Origin: Thermoproteota archaeon | GTDB lineage: Archaea; Thermoproteota; Methanomethylicia; Methanomethylicales; Methanomethylicaceae | Direction: 5' to 3' | Length of the DNA stretch: 64,000 nucleotides | Assembly: GCA_029887795.1 (NCBI GenBank) | Contig: JARXPE010000002.1 | Location: 8,904 to 72,903, forward strand | Shown here: positions 39,305 through 48,798 of the stretch, one piece after another | How the letters are laid out: each line of letters opens with the position of its first letter | Position numbering within the stretch: position 1 is the stretch's first letter | Translations under genes and position numbers: made by a program | Notes under the pieces: generated by a model | What the model was told of the DNA's origin: nothing | What the model saw: the letters and a program-made list of their open reading frames with translations, nothing else | Databases searched by the model: none

Positions 39305-40479
39305 CCACCGAAGACCCGTCTCTCTTCTTCTTTGATGGACTCGCTTACTACTGATAGGACCTTCTGAACATCCTCCTTAGTGATGACTAGTGGCGGGAGA
39401 AGCCTGAGCACGGTCTTGCCAGCCTCCAAGACTATGACCCCTCTCTCCAAAGACTTTAGAATGATGTTCATGACCTCAAATCTCATGTCGATACCCAGCA
39501 TTAGCCCTAGTCCCCTAACTTCCCGTACCAATTTACTCTCGATCTGGGAGAAGCCATTCTTTAAGAGATCCCCCATTGTCCTTGCGTTCTCTACTAGTCC
39601 ATCTTCTAATAGTGCCTCTATAGCCCCGGCGCAGGCTGCACATGCCAATGGGTTTCCGCCGAATGTATTCGAGTGCTCACCCCTCTTGAGGGAGTCCATA
39701 ATATCGGCGCGTGCAAAGGTTGCCCCTATGGGGAAACCTCCACCCAGCGCCTTACTCGAGCAGAGTATGTCGGGCCTTACGCCGAAGTGTTGGTGCGCCC
39801 ACATCTTACCCGTCCTCCCGAACCCGCTCTGGACTTCATCGAGTACCAAAAGGACACCCTTCTCGTCGCAGAGTTCCCTAACCTGCTTTAGATAATCTGG
39901 CGGAGGTATGTTGATACCACCCTCCCCCTGGACCGGTTCAACAAAGATCGCGCCGACGTCCTCGTCAACAAGTGCCCGGAGCTTATCTATCTTCCCATAG
40001 GGGGCAAACTTTACGCCATCGAGTAGGGGCACGAAAGGCTCCCTGTACTTGGCGTTCCAAGTTAGTGAGAGGGCGCCCATGGTCTTCCCATGGAAGCTGT
40101 TAACCATGGCAACTATGCCCTTCTTCTTAGTGAACTTTCTCACCAGCTTTATTGCGGTCTCAACAGCCTCCGCCCCAGAGTTGGAAAGAAAAACCTTTTC
40201 GGTTCCGTCCGGCTTTATTTTTTGAAGTTTTGAGAGGCACTCCTCCCTCGCGTCGTTGTAAAAAGATCCGTGGCAGGTTATAAGCCTCTCAGATTGTCGC
40301 CTTATCGCCTCCACGACCCTCGGGTGGCAATGTCCAAGCAACGCGACACCGTACCCGCAACTGCAGTCTATATACTCCTTCCCCTGAGAGTCCCAGACTT
40401 TGGCTCCCTTGCCCTTCACCAATGTGACGGGACGCTTCCAGAAAGTATCAGCCAAGAAAGTATCCTCGAGCCTACTCAA
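39301..40479 (-). CDS. lysJ: [LysW]-aminoadipate semialdehyde transaminase
   Basis: Class-III aminotransferase motifs NSGAEA, FHG, EPVQGEGG, DEVQSG.GRTG, K and TFGGNP; operon context. Confidence 0.92.
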   Translation of the reverse strand: MSRLEDTFLADTFWKRPVTLVKGKGAKVWDSQGKEYIDCSCGYGVALLGHCHPRVVEAIRRQSERLITCHGSFYNDAREECLSKLQKIKPDGTEKVFLSNSGAEAVETAIKLVRKFTKKKGIVAMVNSFHGKTMGALSLTWNAKYREPFVPLLDGVKFAPYGKIDKLRALVDEDVGAIFVEPVQGEGGINIPPPDYLKQVRELCDEKGVLLVLDEVQSGFGRTGKMWAHQHFGVRPDILCSSKALGGGFPIGATFARADIMDSLKRGEHSNTFGGNPLACAACAGAIEALLEDGLVENARTMGDLLKNGFSQIESKLVREVRGLGLMLGIDMRFEVMNIILKSLERGVIVLEAGKTVLRLLPPLVITKEDVQKVLSVVSESIKEEERRVFGG

Positions 40480-41291
40480 AGAGAGATCACCGTCCCACGC
40501 CTCCCCTCCAGAGCGTCCAGAATAGGTCTCTCCACAAATCCAGAGGTTATTATCGCCCTGCCGACCCCTCCCCTAACAGCATCTACTGCCGCGTGGATCT
40601 TGGTGGACATGCCTGCCCCAATCCTCTTCAAGAGTTCGTCAACTTCAACTATGCTGATCTTCGGAACAATTTTTCCGTCCAACAAAACCCCTTCTACGTC
40701 GGTGAGGTAAATGACAGCATCGGCCCTTATCGCCTTCGCAACTGCGCTGGTGGTTCTGTCTCCGTCCACGTTTAGGGGCTCAAACTTCATCCCCATTGCC
40801 AAAGGTGAGATCACTGGGGTGTATCCCTCCCCCATTAGGATCTCGAGTAACCTTGTGTTCACAGATGTGATCTTGCCAGTATAGCCTCCCTCTATGGCCC
40901 TCTTCCTCCCTTGTTCGTCCACAATCACAAGTCGCTCTTTTCTCTCAGCCCTCAGGAGACCGCCGTCGAATCCAGACAGACCTATGGCATTTATGCCAAA
41001 GGATTGGAGGAGACCGACGATCTTGGTGTTGATCTCGCCAGCCATGACCATTGCGTATATCTCCGCGGTCTCCCTGTCAGTGTACCTGCTCTTGAAGCCC
41101 TCAGGTGAAACGATGAATCTCTGCTCCTTGCCGAGCCTCTTAGCCATCTCCGTTACCAGATCTCCTCCGCCGTGGACTATTGCGAGCCCCCTTCCTTCAA
41201 CGAGCTCCTTTAAGTCTTCAATGAGGGGTACATTAGGGGCATCTCCCTTCAGGAGGTCCCCTCCGATCTTGACCACGACTCTCATGTTCAT
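40476..41291 (-). CDS. lysZ: [LysW]-aminoadipate kinase
   Basis: VVKIGG, VHGGG, SP.G..SRYTD, GGYTGKI, LNVDGDR and GM..K. Confidence 0.93.
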   Translation of the reverse strand: MNMRVVVKIGGDLLKGDAPNVPLIEDLKELVEGRGLAIVHGGGDLVTEMAKRLGKEQRFIVSPEGFKSRYTDRETAEIYAMVMAGEINTKIVGLLQSFGINAIGLSGFDGGLLRAERKERLVIVDEQGRKRAIEGGYTGKITSVNTRLLEILMGEGYTPVISPLAMGMKFEPLNVDGDRTTSAVAKAIRADAVIYLTDVEGVLLDGKIVPKISIVEVDELLKRIGAGMSTKIHAAVDAVRGGVGRAIITSGFVERPILDALEGRRGTVISL

Positions 41292-42346
41292 ATCGGTCTT
41301 ACTCCAGCAAACCTGATGCCAGTTCGCTCGTCAACGCCTATCATTAAGTTGAAGTTCTGGACTGCCTGACCGGCGGCGCCCTTCAACAGGTTGTCGATCG
41401 CGCCAAAGGTAACCAACCTCTTGGCATGGGGGTCAAGCTCGAAACCAACATCGCAGAAGTTCGAGCCCACCACATTCTTGGGATCAGGAAGTTGGTGAAG
41501 TCCCTTTTGATCCCTCACGATCCTGACGAAGGGCTCGTTCTGGTACAGCTCTCTGTAAGCCCTCCAAAGCTCCGGCATTGTGACCTCTCTACTGAGGAAC
41601 GAGTGACCAGTCACCATTATCCCCCTGACCATGTCCACTGCGTGGGGGGTGAGTGCCACCGTGACCCTCTCTCCGCCCGCCTTAAGGGAGAGCTCCTGCT
41701 CTATCTCTGCGGTGTGTCTGTGCATGACGGGCTTGTATGCCCTAACTATGTTGGAGTGCTCTGGGTGGTGGCTCGCCTCGCTCACGTTAGCGCCAGCCCC
41801 TGAAGATCCGATCTTGGCATCCAAGATCACCCTGTTATCCTCAACCATTCCAGCTTTAATGGCGGGCGCGACGCTGAGTATGCTCGCCGTGGCAATGCAG
41901 CCCGGGTTTGCAACAAGCTTGGCATTTCTTATCTCTTCCCTGTGGAACTCCGGCAGACCAAAGACCGCGACCTCGAGCAGTTCCGGGCATGGGTGCTCCC
42001 ATCCATACCACTTGGGGTAGTCGTCCTTGTTCTTCAGCCTGAAGTCCGCGCTGAGATCGATCACCCTTACACCTGAGTCCAAGAGCCTCTTTGCAACGGG
42101 TGCGGAGGCGCCGTGCGGAAGTGCCAAAAATACAAATTCACAGGATGAGGCGATCTTCTCCACATCCGGCTCTATAAACTTTAAATCTGTGAGCTTTCTC
42201 AACTGCGGGTGCAACTTGAAAACGGGCTCGCCCGCGTGCTCCCTCGAGGTGACTGCCTTTATTTCGACCTCTGGGTGATTTATAAGTATCCGGAGGAGCT
42301 CCCCTCCGGTGTAACCCGATCCTCCGATTATCCCTACAGTTTTCAT
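41288..42346 (-). CDS. lysY: [LysW]-aminoadipyl-phosphate reductase (ArgC family)
   Basis: GGSGYTGGE, DLSADFR, NPGC, GSSGAG, HRH..EI and DNL.KGAAG. Confidence 0.93.
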   Translation of the reverse strand: MKTVGIIGGSGYTGGELLRILINHPEVEIKAVTSREHAGEPVFKLHPQLRKLTDLKFIEPDVEKIASSCEFVFLALPHGASAPVAKRLLDSGVRVIDLSADFRLKNKDDYPKWYGWEHPCPELLEVAVFGLPEFHREEIRNAKLVANPGCIATASILSVAPAIKAGMVEDNRVILDAKIGSSGAGANVSEASHHPEHSNIVRAYKPVMHRHTAEIEQELSLKAGGERVTVALTPHAVDMVRGIMVTGHSFLSREVTMPELWRAYRELYQNEPFVRIVRDQKGLHQLPDPKNVVGSNFCDVGFELDPHAKRLVTFGAIDNLLKGAAGQAVQNFNLMIGVDERTGIRFAGVRPI

Positions 42347-43197
42347 CTTTTTCCCTCCCTGATGGCGTAGTCCACAATCATTCCAGGTATATCCACACCA
42401 GTAGCTGGAACCGTATTCTTAAACTCGACGGTGCTGTTTATCTCATGTACAACTAGACCACCATCGTCTTCCATCATATCAACCCCGAATACCCCTCCAC
42501 CCACAGCCTCTGCAGCCTTTAGTGCCAGTTCCCTGATCTCAGGCGTTATAGGACACCTTTCCACCTTTCCACCTCTGGCGGTGTTTGTCCTCCAGTCCTC
42601 GCCAGTATTGACCCTGTAAATCGCAACTGGCACATCCTCACCTATAACGAAGACCCTAAGATCCCTTGGCGGCCTCTTTACCATTTCTTGCAGGTAGTAG
42701 ATCTGGTATATGGGGAACATCAACTCGCGGTGCTCGAGCGCCACCATTGCCGCCGTTTTGTCCTTTAGGAGCGAAACAAGACGCCCCCAGCTACCCACGA
42801 CCGGCTTCAGGATCGCAGGATAGCCGAGCCTTTCAAGTGCTTCAAGAGCAGAGTCGGGCGTGAAAGCCAGATATGTCCTAGGCGTCGGTATGTTGAATTT
42901 CTTGAAAGTGAGCGTGTTGAGAACTTTGTTACCGCAGATCTCGGCGGTCCTATAGCTGTTTATAACCCTGACGCCGTAACTCTCCAATGCTGCGGTCGCA
43001 TGGAGCCCCCTGAAGTGGCTCACGCACCTCTGCAGGACAACCTCGCCCAGGCCCTCCGGCTTTTCTGCAGATGTCAGGTCAAGGAACAGTCTTTCAGCAT
43101 CCATCATGGAAAAGTTTACACCGCGCTTCTCACATGCTTCGTATAAGGCTTTCTCTTCCCATCTCATGTGGTCGTACAGAATATTGAGCTTAACCAT
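42343..43197 (-). CDS. lysX: Alpha-aminoadipate--LysW ligase (ATP-grasp)
   Basis: RWEEK, KP..GSWGR, WRTN.ARG and EIN...EFKNT (LysX-type rather than ArgX-type EFKGF). Confidence 0.93.
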   Translation of the reverse strand: MVKLNILYDHMRWEEKALYEACEKRGVNFSMMDAERLFLDLTSAEKPEGLGEVVLQRCVSHFRGLHATAALESYGVRVINSYRTAEICGNKVLNTLTFKKFNIPTPRTYLAFTPDSALEALERLGYPAILKPVVGSWGRLVSLLKDKTAAMVALEHRELMFPIYQIYYLQEMVKRPPRDLRVFVIGEDVPVAIYRVNTGEDWRTNTARGGKVERCPITPEIRELALKAAEAVGGGVFGVDMMEDDGGLVVHEINSTVEFKNTVPATGVDIPGMIVDYAIREGKR

Positions 43198-43217
43198 TGG
43201 AAGTCAGACCCTGATAG

Positions 43218-43305
43218 ATTCGAATAACGAAATTATTTAAACATTTCGTCTTTGCCTAAATAACTATTTATACGTTTAAAGTACTTAGAAGTTCGAATTT
43301 CAAAC
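43218..43305 (-). promoter_or_regulatory. lysX promoter with LysM-type palindromic site(s)
   Basis: Near-perfect palindrome GTTTGAAATTCGAAC (43305-43291) over the lysM stop; BRE-TATA AAAGACGAAATGTTTAAATAA (43253-43233); second site TTCG-N5-CGAA at 43219-43231. Confidence 0.65.
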
Positions 43306-43722
43306 CCAAGACCTGAGCACAATCATAGAACTTGTCTTGGATACCCCCTCTATCCTCCTTATATCGTCTATGTGTTTATTGATCTCTTGTATGCTCTTGC
43401 CAGAGGCCACTGCTATTACATCAACGTCCCCCGCGACCTCAAAGACCTGATCGACCCCCTCAATCTTCTTGACTGCCTGCGCAACCTGAGGGTTCGGGTA
43501 AGACGGCTGGACGGATATGAGTATGAGAGCCTGTACCCTCTCCCCAGTCTCGATCTCGACCGTGAACTTCTTGATTATTCCTTCGTCTCTCATCCTCTCC
43601 ACGCGTTTTCTGACCGCAGCCTCCGAGAGTCCTATGTCTTTGGCTATCTTGGTATAAGGTATGCGGGCATCCTCCTTTAAGAAGGAGAGGATCTTCATGT
43701 CGATGCCGTCGACATCCTTCAT
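43300..43722 (-). CDS. lysM: Lrp/AsnC-family regulator LysM
   Basis: D..IL..L..DAR.PY..IA...GLSEAAVRKRV HTH plus RAM domain; directly upstream of lysXYZJK. Confidence 0.88.
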   Translation of the reverse strand: MKDVDGIDMKILSFLKEDARIPYTKIAKDIGLSEAAVRKRVERMRDEGIIKKFTVEIETGERVQALILISVQPSYPNPQVAQAVKKIEGVDQVFEVAGDVDVIAVASGKSIQEINKHIDDIRRIEGVSKTSSMIVLRSWV

Positions 43723-43893
43723 AAAAACTCACTTTATTTTCATATTCTAATTTTGAGGTTTAAAAACATCTCCCCTTCAATTAGCCTAGGGAGGGGTGAT
43801 TTAAATGTCTGATGGACCTCAATATCTTTTTTAATGAGACCCTCTAAATCCTTTAACGGAGGCAAACATTTGTCAATATCGCTGGGAGGTAGC

Positions 43894-45345
43894 GTGGAAG
43901 GGAATGCCACAAGCCACACATGGAGGCGCTCCATCACTCTCGACATAAAAGTCCCACCAGACCAGATAAATCAGTTGCTGGATTATCTCACCACTGCAAT
44001 AGAAAAGAATCAGTACCTTTCCTATTTAACGAGATCCACTGCAGAAGGAGTAGCAATACTTCAGTACAGGCTTGTGGCTGTCGACGGTAGTCTGTTAGAT
44101 GTTGCCGTGAAGTTCTTACCGGAAAAGATAGAGATCTACTATGCTCCCTATCCCCCCGATTCTGTATCTGAGAAGGACTACATCGGACTGGACATGGAAA
44201 TGGAAACCCTAATCAGGTCGTACTTTGCCGACCAGAGCAAGGCATCACTCTTCCTGGTTTTTTCACCCAAAATGAACCTCATACCTGGGAAGAAGGAAGG
44301 CGGGATCAAGAGGCTTATATCCTCAATAATTTTCGGAAACTTCCTTTACCTCTTCATGCTCATCCTTCTTGTGGGCATATTCCTCTACCAGTACTTCCAG
44401 ATGCTTACTCCAATCTTACTCGTTGGACTCCAATTCATCATAGTGATATTTGCAAACAAACTCATAGCTTACCGTGGAGAGTTCGACATCACTGCGGATA
44501 ATGCGACGATACATATCGCCGAATTGAGGATGAAAAGGAACGAATTCGAACAAGTGGTGAAGAGCTGCATACCAAAGATGACGTTGATAAAGAAAGAGAT
44601 CTACGATTTGACGTTGGCTCTGGGAAGAGAACTGGATCCTGAAATCATAGTAAGGACTCTAAACAAGCACGGCCCGGTATGCACTCCAGAACTCGTGAGA
44701 ATAAAGACCGTAGACATCTACAAGATAGTGAGCGACCTCGCCTCAAAATTCAGGTTTCATATCCCAAGAATAACGCTGCTGAATGTACTGCCCCCAAACG
44801 CCGCAGCTACAGGAATCTCCCCTTCGAGGGCCACCGTTCTTATAACCAGTGGGTTGATCGCACAGATGGAAGAAGATGAGATAAAGGCTGTTTTGGCGCA
44901 TGAATTCAGTCATGTGAGAGCGAGGGACCCCCTCATACTCATGAGTCTAGCAACCTTTGAATATTTGACGAGGGTGTACCTAATATGGCCCTTTTTGGCA
45001 TCCTTCGGGCTATTTATAGACCTTGCGTACCTCTTCTTATCTTTCACATTGCTCTTCTTCGTGGCAAAGTTCTTAGAAGCGAGGGCTGATCTCGACGCGG
45101 CAATAATAACTGGGCAGCCTAAGACCCTTGCATCATCGCTACGTAAACTAGGGCTCTGGAAGTACCAGTCACGGATATTCGAACTAGTGAATAGCGGGGA
45201 GTGGCTCAAGTGGGACCCGCACCCGCCCCTCTACTATAGAATTAGGACTTTGGAGAACCTCGATCCATCCAAAATAGGAAATACCTTCGTGGCAGCCATT
45301 AGGGGGTGCGTTAGGGGGTTTCTGGACTCCCTCCATGGTCGATGA
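43894..45345 (+). CDS. M48 (HtpX-like) zinc metalloprotease with large N-terminal extension
   Basis: PNAAA.G, HEFSH zincin motif, E..AD and HPP...RI. GGAGGT SD favours GTG 43894 (ORF track start 43834). Confidence 0.88.
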   Translation: MEGNATSHTWRRSITLDIKVPPDQINQLLDYLTTAIEKNQYLSYLTRSTAEGVAILQYRLVAVDGSLLDVAVKFLPEKIEIYYAPYPPDSVSEKDYIGLDMEMETLIRSYFADQSKASLFLVFSPKMNLIPGKKEGGIKRLISSIIFGNFLYLFMLILLVGIFLYQYFQMLTPILLVGLQFIIVIFANKLIAYRGEFDITADNATIHIAELRMKRNEFEQVVKSCIPKMTLIKKEIYDLTLALGRELDPEIIVRTLNKHGPVCTPELVRIKTVDIYKIVSDLASKFRFHIPRITLLNVLPPNAAATGISPSRATVLITSGLIAQMEEDEIKAVLAHEFSHVRARDPLILMSLATFEYLTRVYLIWPFLASFGLFIDLAYLFLSFTLLFFVAKFLEARADLDAAIITGQPKTLASSLRKLGLWKYQSRIFELVNSGEWLKWDPHPPLYYRIRTLENLDPSKIGNTFVAAIRGCVRGFLDSLHGR

Positions 45346-45447
45346 AATATCTGACCCAATGGATACTTGAGGGCGAATATTACAAACTCTATAAGTAAAA
45401 CGAAAATAAAGAATGGAATAATGGGAAATTGGGAGAAAAAAGTAGAT

Positions 45448-45768
45448 TTAGAGGGCTTCTATTTTTCCGCCCTCTATTTTGCCCTTCTTCAGACCTTCTA
45501 TGAATGCATCTACTTTGATAGCGGGCATAGATAAGATCTGGACCGTCCCCCTGGAGCCAAACTCTGCCGATATGAGATATACAGTCTCGTTGCCTGGAGC
45601 CTCAATTATGGTCACAAAGTCGTAGGGTCCAAGTGTTGCAAACTGATGAATTATCCTGGCGCCGAGCGCCTCGATCTCTTTGTTCACCTCTTTGATTCTG
45701 TCAGGTTTTTCTTTTATGGTCTTCCTGCCCTCTGCTGTTAGGTTTGACAAAAGAACATAGTAGGGCAT
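45448..45768 (-). CDS. GYD-domain protein
   Basis: Y..L...T.EG...IKE.P.R and LGPYD.V.I.EAP motifs. Confidence 0.88.
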   Translation of the reverse strand: MPYYVLLSNLTAEGRKTIKEKPDRIKEVNKEIEALGARIIHQFATLGPYDFVTIIEAPGNETVYLISAEFGSRGTVQILSMPAIKVDAFIEGLKKGKIEGGKIEAL

Positions 45769-45867
45769 CTTTACCCTTGTTATATTTTGACTAAATTTAC
45801 TATTTAGTATTTTGGTGGAAAAATTGGAGGATATGGAAAAACCAGAAAATAGTGAGAAAGTTCCTTC

Positions 45868-46299
45868 TCAACTGCGGAGCTTTGGCGAATCGAACCAAAG
45901 CCCGGACACATACTGCTTGCCTCCTGCCTCGATAAATACTACCTTTACCGTAACTTCAGACTCCCCCGTATACTTTGCCTTGTAATAAACCACCGTGTAG
46001 TTGCCCTGGAGTTCTGCCTTTGAGAATTCTTTTGAAACATAGTTTCCAACCTTTGATTTTATTAAGGCCACTGTCTGCTGAAATACCGGTTCAGTCATGG
46101 CATTCTTCATGGCAACATCCATGTCCTTAGAGAACTTCGTATAATTCCCCTCATTCATCGCTATCAATATGTCCTCCGTGATAGGGTCTGCATAGGCCCT
46201 TACCTTGTTTACATCCACTGCCGCTGGTTGACTGACAATATAGGCGCCCACCGCCACTACAATGAGGGCAACGAGAACTATAACCACGTCTTTTCTCAT
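45868..46299 (-). CDS. DUF3887-like membrane-anchored protein
   Basis: ATG 46299 after GGTGA; N-terminal TM helix, then an NTF2-like ...GNY..F...M...VG.Y...GLWF domain. Confidence 0.75.
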   Translation of the reverse strand: MRKDVVIVLVALIVVAVGAYIVSQPAAVDVNKVRAYADPITEDILIAMNEGNYTKFSKDMDVAMKNAMTEPVFQQTVALIKSKVGNYVSKEFSKAELQGNYTVVYYKAKYTGESEVTVKVVFIEAGGKQYVSGLWFDSPKLRS

Positions 46300-46334
46300 G
46301 AGTATCACCACCTTATTTGTTAGACTAAAAGAGC

Positions 46335-46958
46335 TCAATAAACCTTCTTGAGGACGTAGCCTGCGTATATCGCCAGAAGTAGAGTGTAGGCAGCCACCAA
46401 TCCCTCTACTTGCCAAACCGAGAGCCTCATCACATAGTAAGTCAGCCCGGCTATCAGATCCAAAACAGCGTGCGCAACTATGGCTAGAATAAGGTATTCC
46501 CTGTAAAGTATTGACTTCATTATTATGAAGGTCAGTGCCACGTGAGCTAAGACAGCCACGTACCTTTCAAAGACGCCAGGCAGGAGGTCCAAGAAACTTA
46601 TGGTTAATGCCGTCGGCGAGAGAAGCACACTTGGGAAGAATATGACCAACGCCTCAGCTATCCCCCAGCCCAGCCCAAAGGTCAATCCAGCCCTGAAGTC
46701 CGAGGTCTTGGTCCTCTTAACGAGCCAGAACCTCATGCATTCCTCGAATAGACCCGCCAGCACAGCGCTGTAGATTATGACCACCAAGATGTCCCCAACC
46801 AGTAGTTGAAATAAATTTAGGGGGATTATCCTGAGGATAAGGGCTAAAGTCCAACCAACTCCACCGAGCAACAAAAGCTTTGGAGCGCTTCGACCTAAAT
46901 AAAATCCTAAAATGAAGAGGGGAGCAATTGTTAACAGTGCCCAAAAAAGACCTTCCAT
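46335..46958 (-). CDS. YhfC/PrsW-like glutamic intramembrane protease
   Basis: AGLFEE..R, GLGWG..EA, ER......H and H...D motifs. ATG 46958 follows GGAGG. Confidence 0.82.
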   Translation of the reverse strand: MEGLFWALLTIAPLFILGFYLGRSAPKLLLLGGVGWTLALILRIIPLNLFQLLVGDILVVIIYSAVLAGLFEECMRFWLVKRTKTSDFRAGLTFGLGWGIAEALVIFFPSVLLSPTALTISFLDLLPGVFERYVAVLAHVALTFIIMKSILYREYLILAIVAHAVLDLIAGLTYYVMRLSVWQVEGLVAAYTLLLAIYAGYVLKKVY

Positions 46959-47151
46959 GTAAATTGCCTCCAATATTTTCGATCGTTTTCCAGATATTCC
47001 GGTCCAAATAATAAATTATTCCAATCAACACAAAATGTCAAAGCTTGACAGTTCACTGCTTCAAATGTTGCCGCTCAGAAAAAACCAGTTTTGGCTAATA
47101 GAAACCTATGCCTAATAGAAACTGATAATAGCTATAAGAAAGAAAAGATGA

Positions 47152-47811
47152 TTGACGGGTATGCGGATCTTACTTGTGGTTAGCGCCCCTGCCTATATGT
47201 CTCCTTCACCAAAGGATACGAGCTACATCGGTGCACTAAAAAAAGCTGGATTGAAGATCCCATCCTTGGATATTGAGAATGAGAGTGCATATCTTGAGGC
47301 GGTGCGACCGTTCTCTAGACGGGCAAAAGATCTATTCCAAGGTTATTTCAAGAAGATCATGGAGGGGGCAGGGATCGCTAGAAGTCATGGGATCAAAATC
47401 GACGTGTACTTGTTGAGCCCTAGGTACGGTCTTATCGAGGAGGACAAAGTCATTCTTCCCCACTTGGTAGAGATCAAGGGTTTGAAGAAGAAAGAATTGG
47501 AGGCGCTCAGAGACCGCCTTAAAATTGTTGAGAAGCTCTCCAGTATTCTTCAGCAGTCCTATGACCTATTAATTCTCGTTTTGAAGAAGGACCATTTACC
47601 GCTCTTGGGAGTCCTTGGAAAGAGTCTGAACCTTCCGATCGCCGCGTCAAAGGTAGTTTTGGTCTCAGCCCCGTCCTTGGCTAAGCTCTTCGGAGAGCCC
47701 ATCAAATTCGTCGGAATTAGGCAGATAGGAAGAAGGGCTGAAGCTTTTGTCAGACTGATAGACTCGCTGACAGTCAAGACCCTGAAGGACTATTTTGAGT
47801 CGGCACAATAA
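47152..47811 (+). CDS. Hypothetical protein (DUF6884/YaaA-like)
   Basis: A.DLFQG and LLSPRYGLI.....I.P resemble the DUF6884/YaaA-type signature. Confidence 0.6.
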   Translation: MTGMRILLVVSAPAYMSPSPKDTSYIGALKKAGLKIPSLDIENESAYLEAVRPFSRRAKDLFQGYFKKIMEGAGIARSHGIKIDVYLLSPRYGLIEEDKVILPHLVEIKGLKKKELEALRDRLKIVEKLSSILQQSYDLLILVLKKDHLPLLGVLGKSLNLPIAASKVVLVSAPSLAKLFGEPIKFVGIRQIGRRAEAFVRLIDSLTVKTLKDYFESAQ

Positions 47812-47822
47812 ATTTCAGTTTC

Positions 47823-48149
47823 TTACTTAAATCTGCCGACTACTTCCAGCCTTATCACGAGATATGAAAGGGTTGCGGCGACAATTCCTAAAGATAGTGA
47901 TATGAATACCCCATTCAATGAGTATTGGACATCTGCAGCAATCGAGGTTTTTGGCGGGTAAGTCTCATTCTCTGTTGCACGGTATGAAGAGTCGTTATTT
48001 AAAATCGCCTTTTGGTTGTCAGGGGCGGTCTCGGGCTTTATCACTTTGATCCTCAAATCCGTCGGGGATAAGCCAGTTAGCAGCAGGGGAGAGGATACCA
48101 ATACCACGCCGATTAATACCGCCAAGAAGGCGCTATAAGCCAGCCTCAA
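47823..48149 (-). CDS. Small two-TM membrane protein
   Basis: N- and C-terminal hydrophobic helices around a polar loop; co-oriented with the membrane-tethered wHTH gene. Confidence 0.6.
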   Translation of the reverse strand: MRLAYSAFLAVLIGVVLVSSPLLLTGLSPTDLRIKVIKPETAPDNQKAILNNDSSYRATENETYPPKTSIAADVQYSLNGVFISLSLGIVAATLSYLVIRLEVVGRFK

Positions 48150-48198
48150 AATATTCCCCTCTTCAAAATAACTCTCGCATACTCTATAAATCTACACA

Positions 48199-48636
48199 TT
48201 AGAACGGCCTCCTGAGCCACGCTCTGATGGTTTCTGTCCATGCGATGACCGTTGCTGCAATCCCAAAAATTATCGACATTATGGTCTGGGGGGTGTTTTC
48301 GATGGGATATATTATTAGGTACGCGATCAGCATTGTAGTGAAAAGCACCGAGTAGAAGAAGTATCTCGGCAGGGCAATGCCCGCAATCCTGATGAACTGG
48401 GAGAAGAGCTCAACCTTAACTTCCTTTGAGATAACATATTCTCCTCCGACCTCTTTTTTCACCAAACCAAGATGGGCGAGCTTTTCCAAGTGGTAGGATG
48501 CCACGCTTGGGCTGCTCAGTCGTAGTTCCCTCATTATCTCCCTAGGTCCTGCCGACCCTTTCTTTAAGAGTACCCAGTAAACCCTAAGGGTTGTGCCCTT
48601 AAGCTCCGCCTCGACACTCTCTCTATTGAGCCTCAC
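48199..48636 (-). CDS. Membrane-anchored winged-helix transcription regulator
   Basis: LKGTTLRVY...GPREI.R.L.LSSPSVA.YHL.KL...GLV.K wHTH followed by two TM helices. Confidence 0.82.
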   Translation of the reverse strand: MRLNRESVEAELKGTTLRVYWVLLKKGSAGPREIMRELRLSSPSVASYHLEKLAHLGLVKKEVGGEYVISKEVKVELFSQFIRIAGIALPRYFFYSVLFTTMLIAYLIIYPIENTPQTIMSIIFGIAATVIAWTETIRAWLRRPF

Positions 48637-48798
48637 AGTAGAACTTTTGGAAGTTCGTATTTAATAACGTTTGATGAAGTTTACCGTTTTTAGAATCATG
48701 CATGAGATCAAACGGTCATCACCATCCATGAATTCATTAACGAAGAGTTCCTAGAAGGACCTCCTCTAAAAATCGTTTGAATTTTACACTCGGATCTG

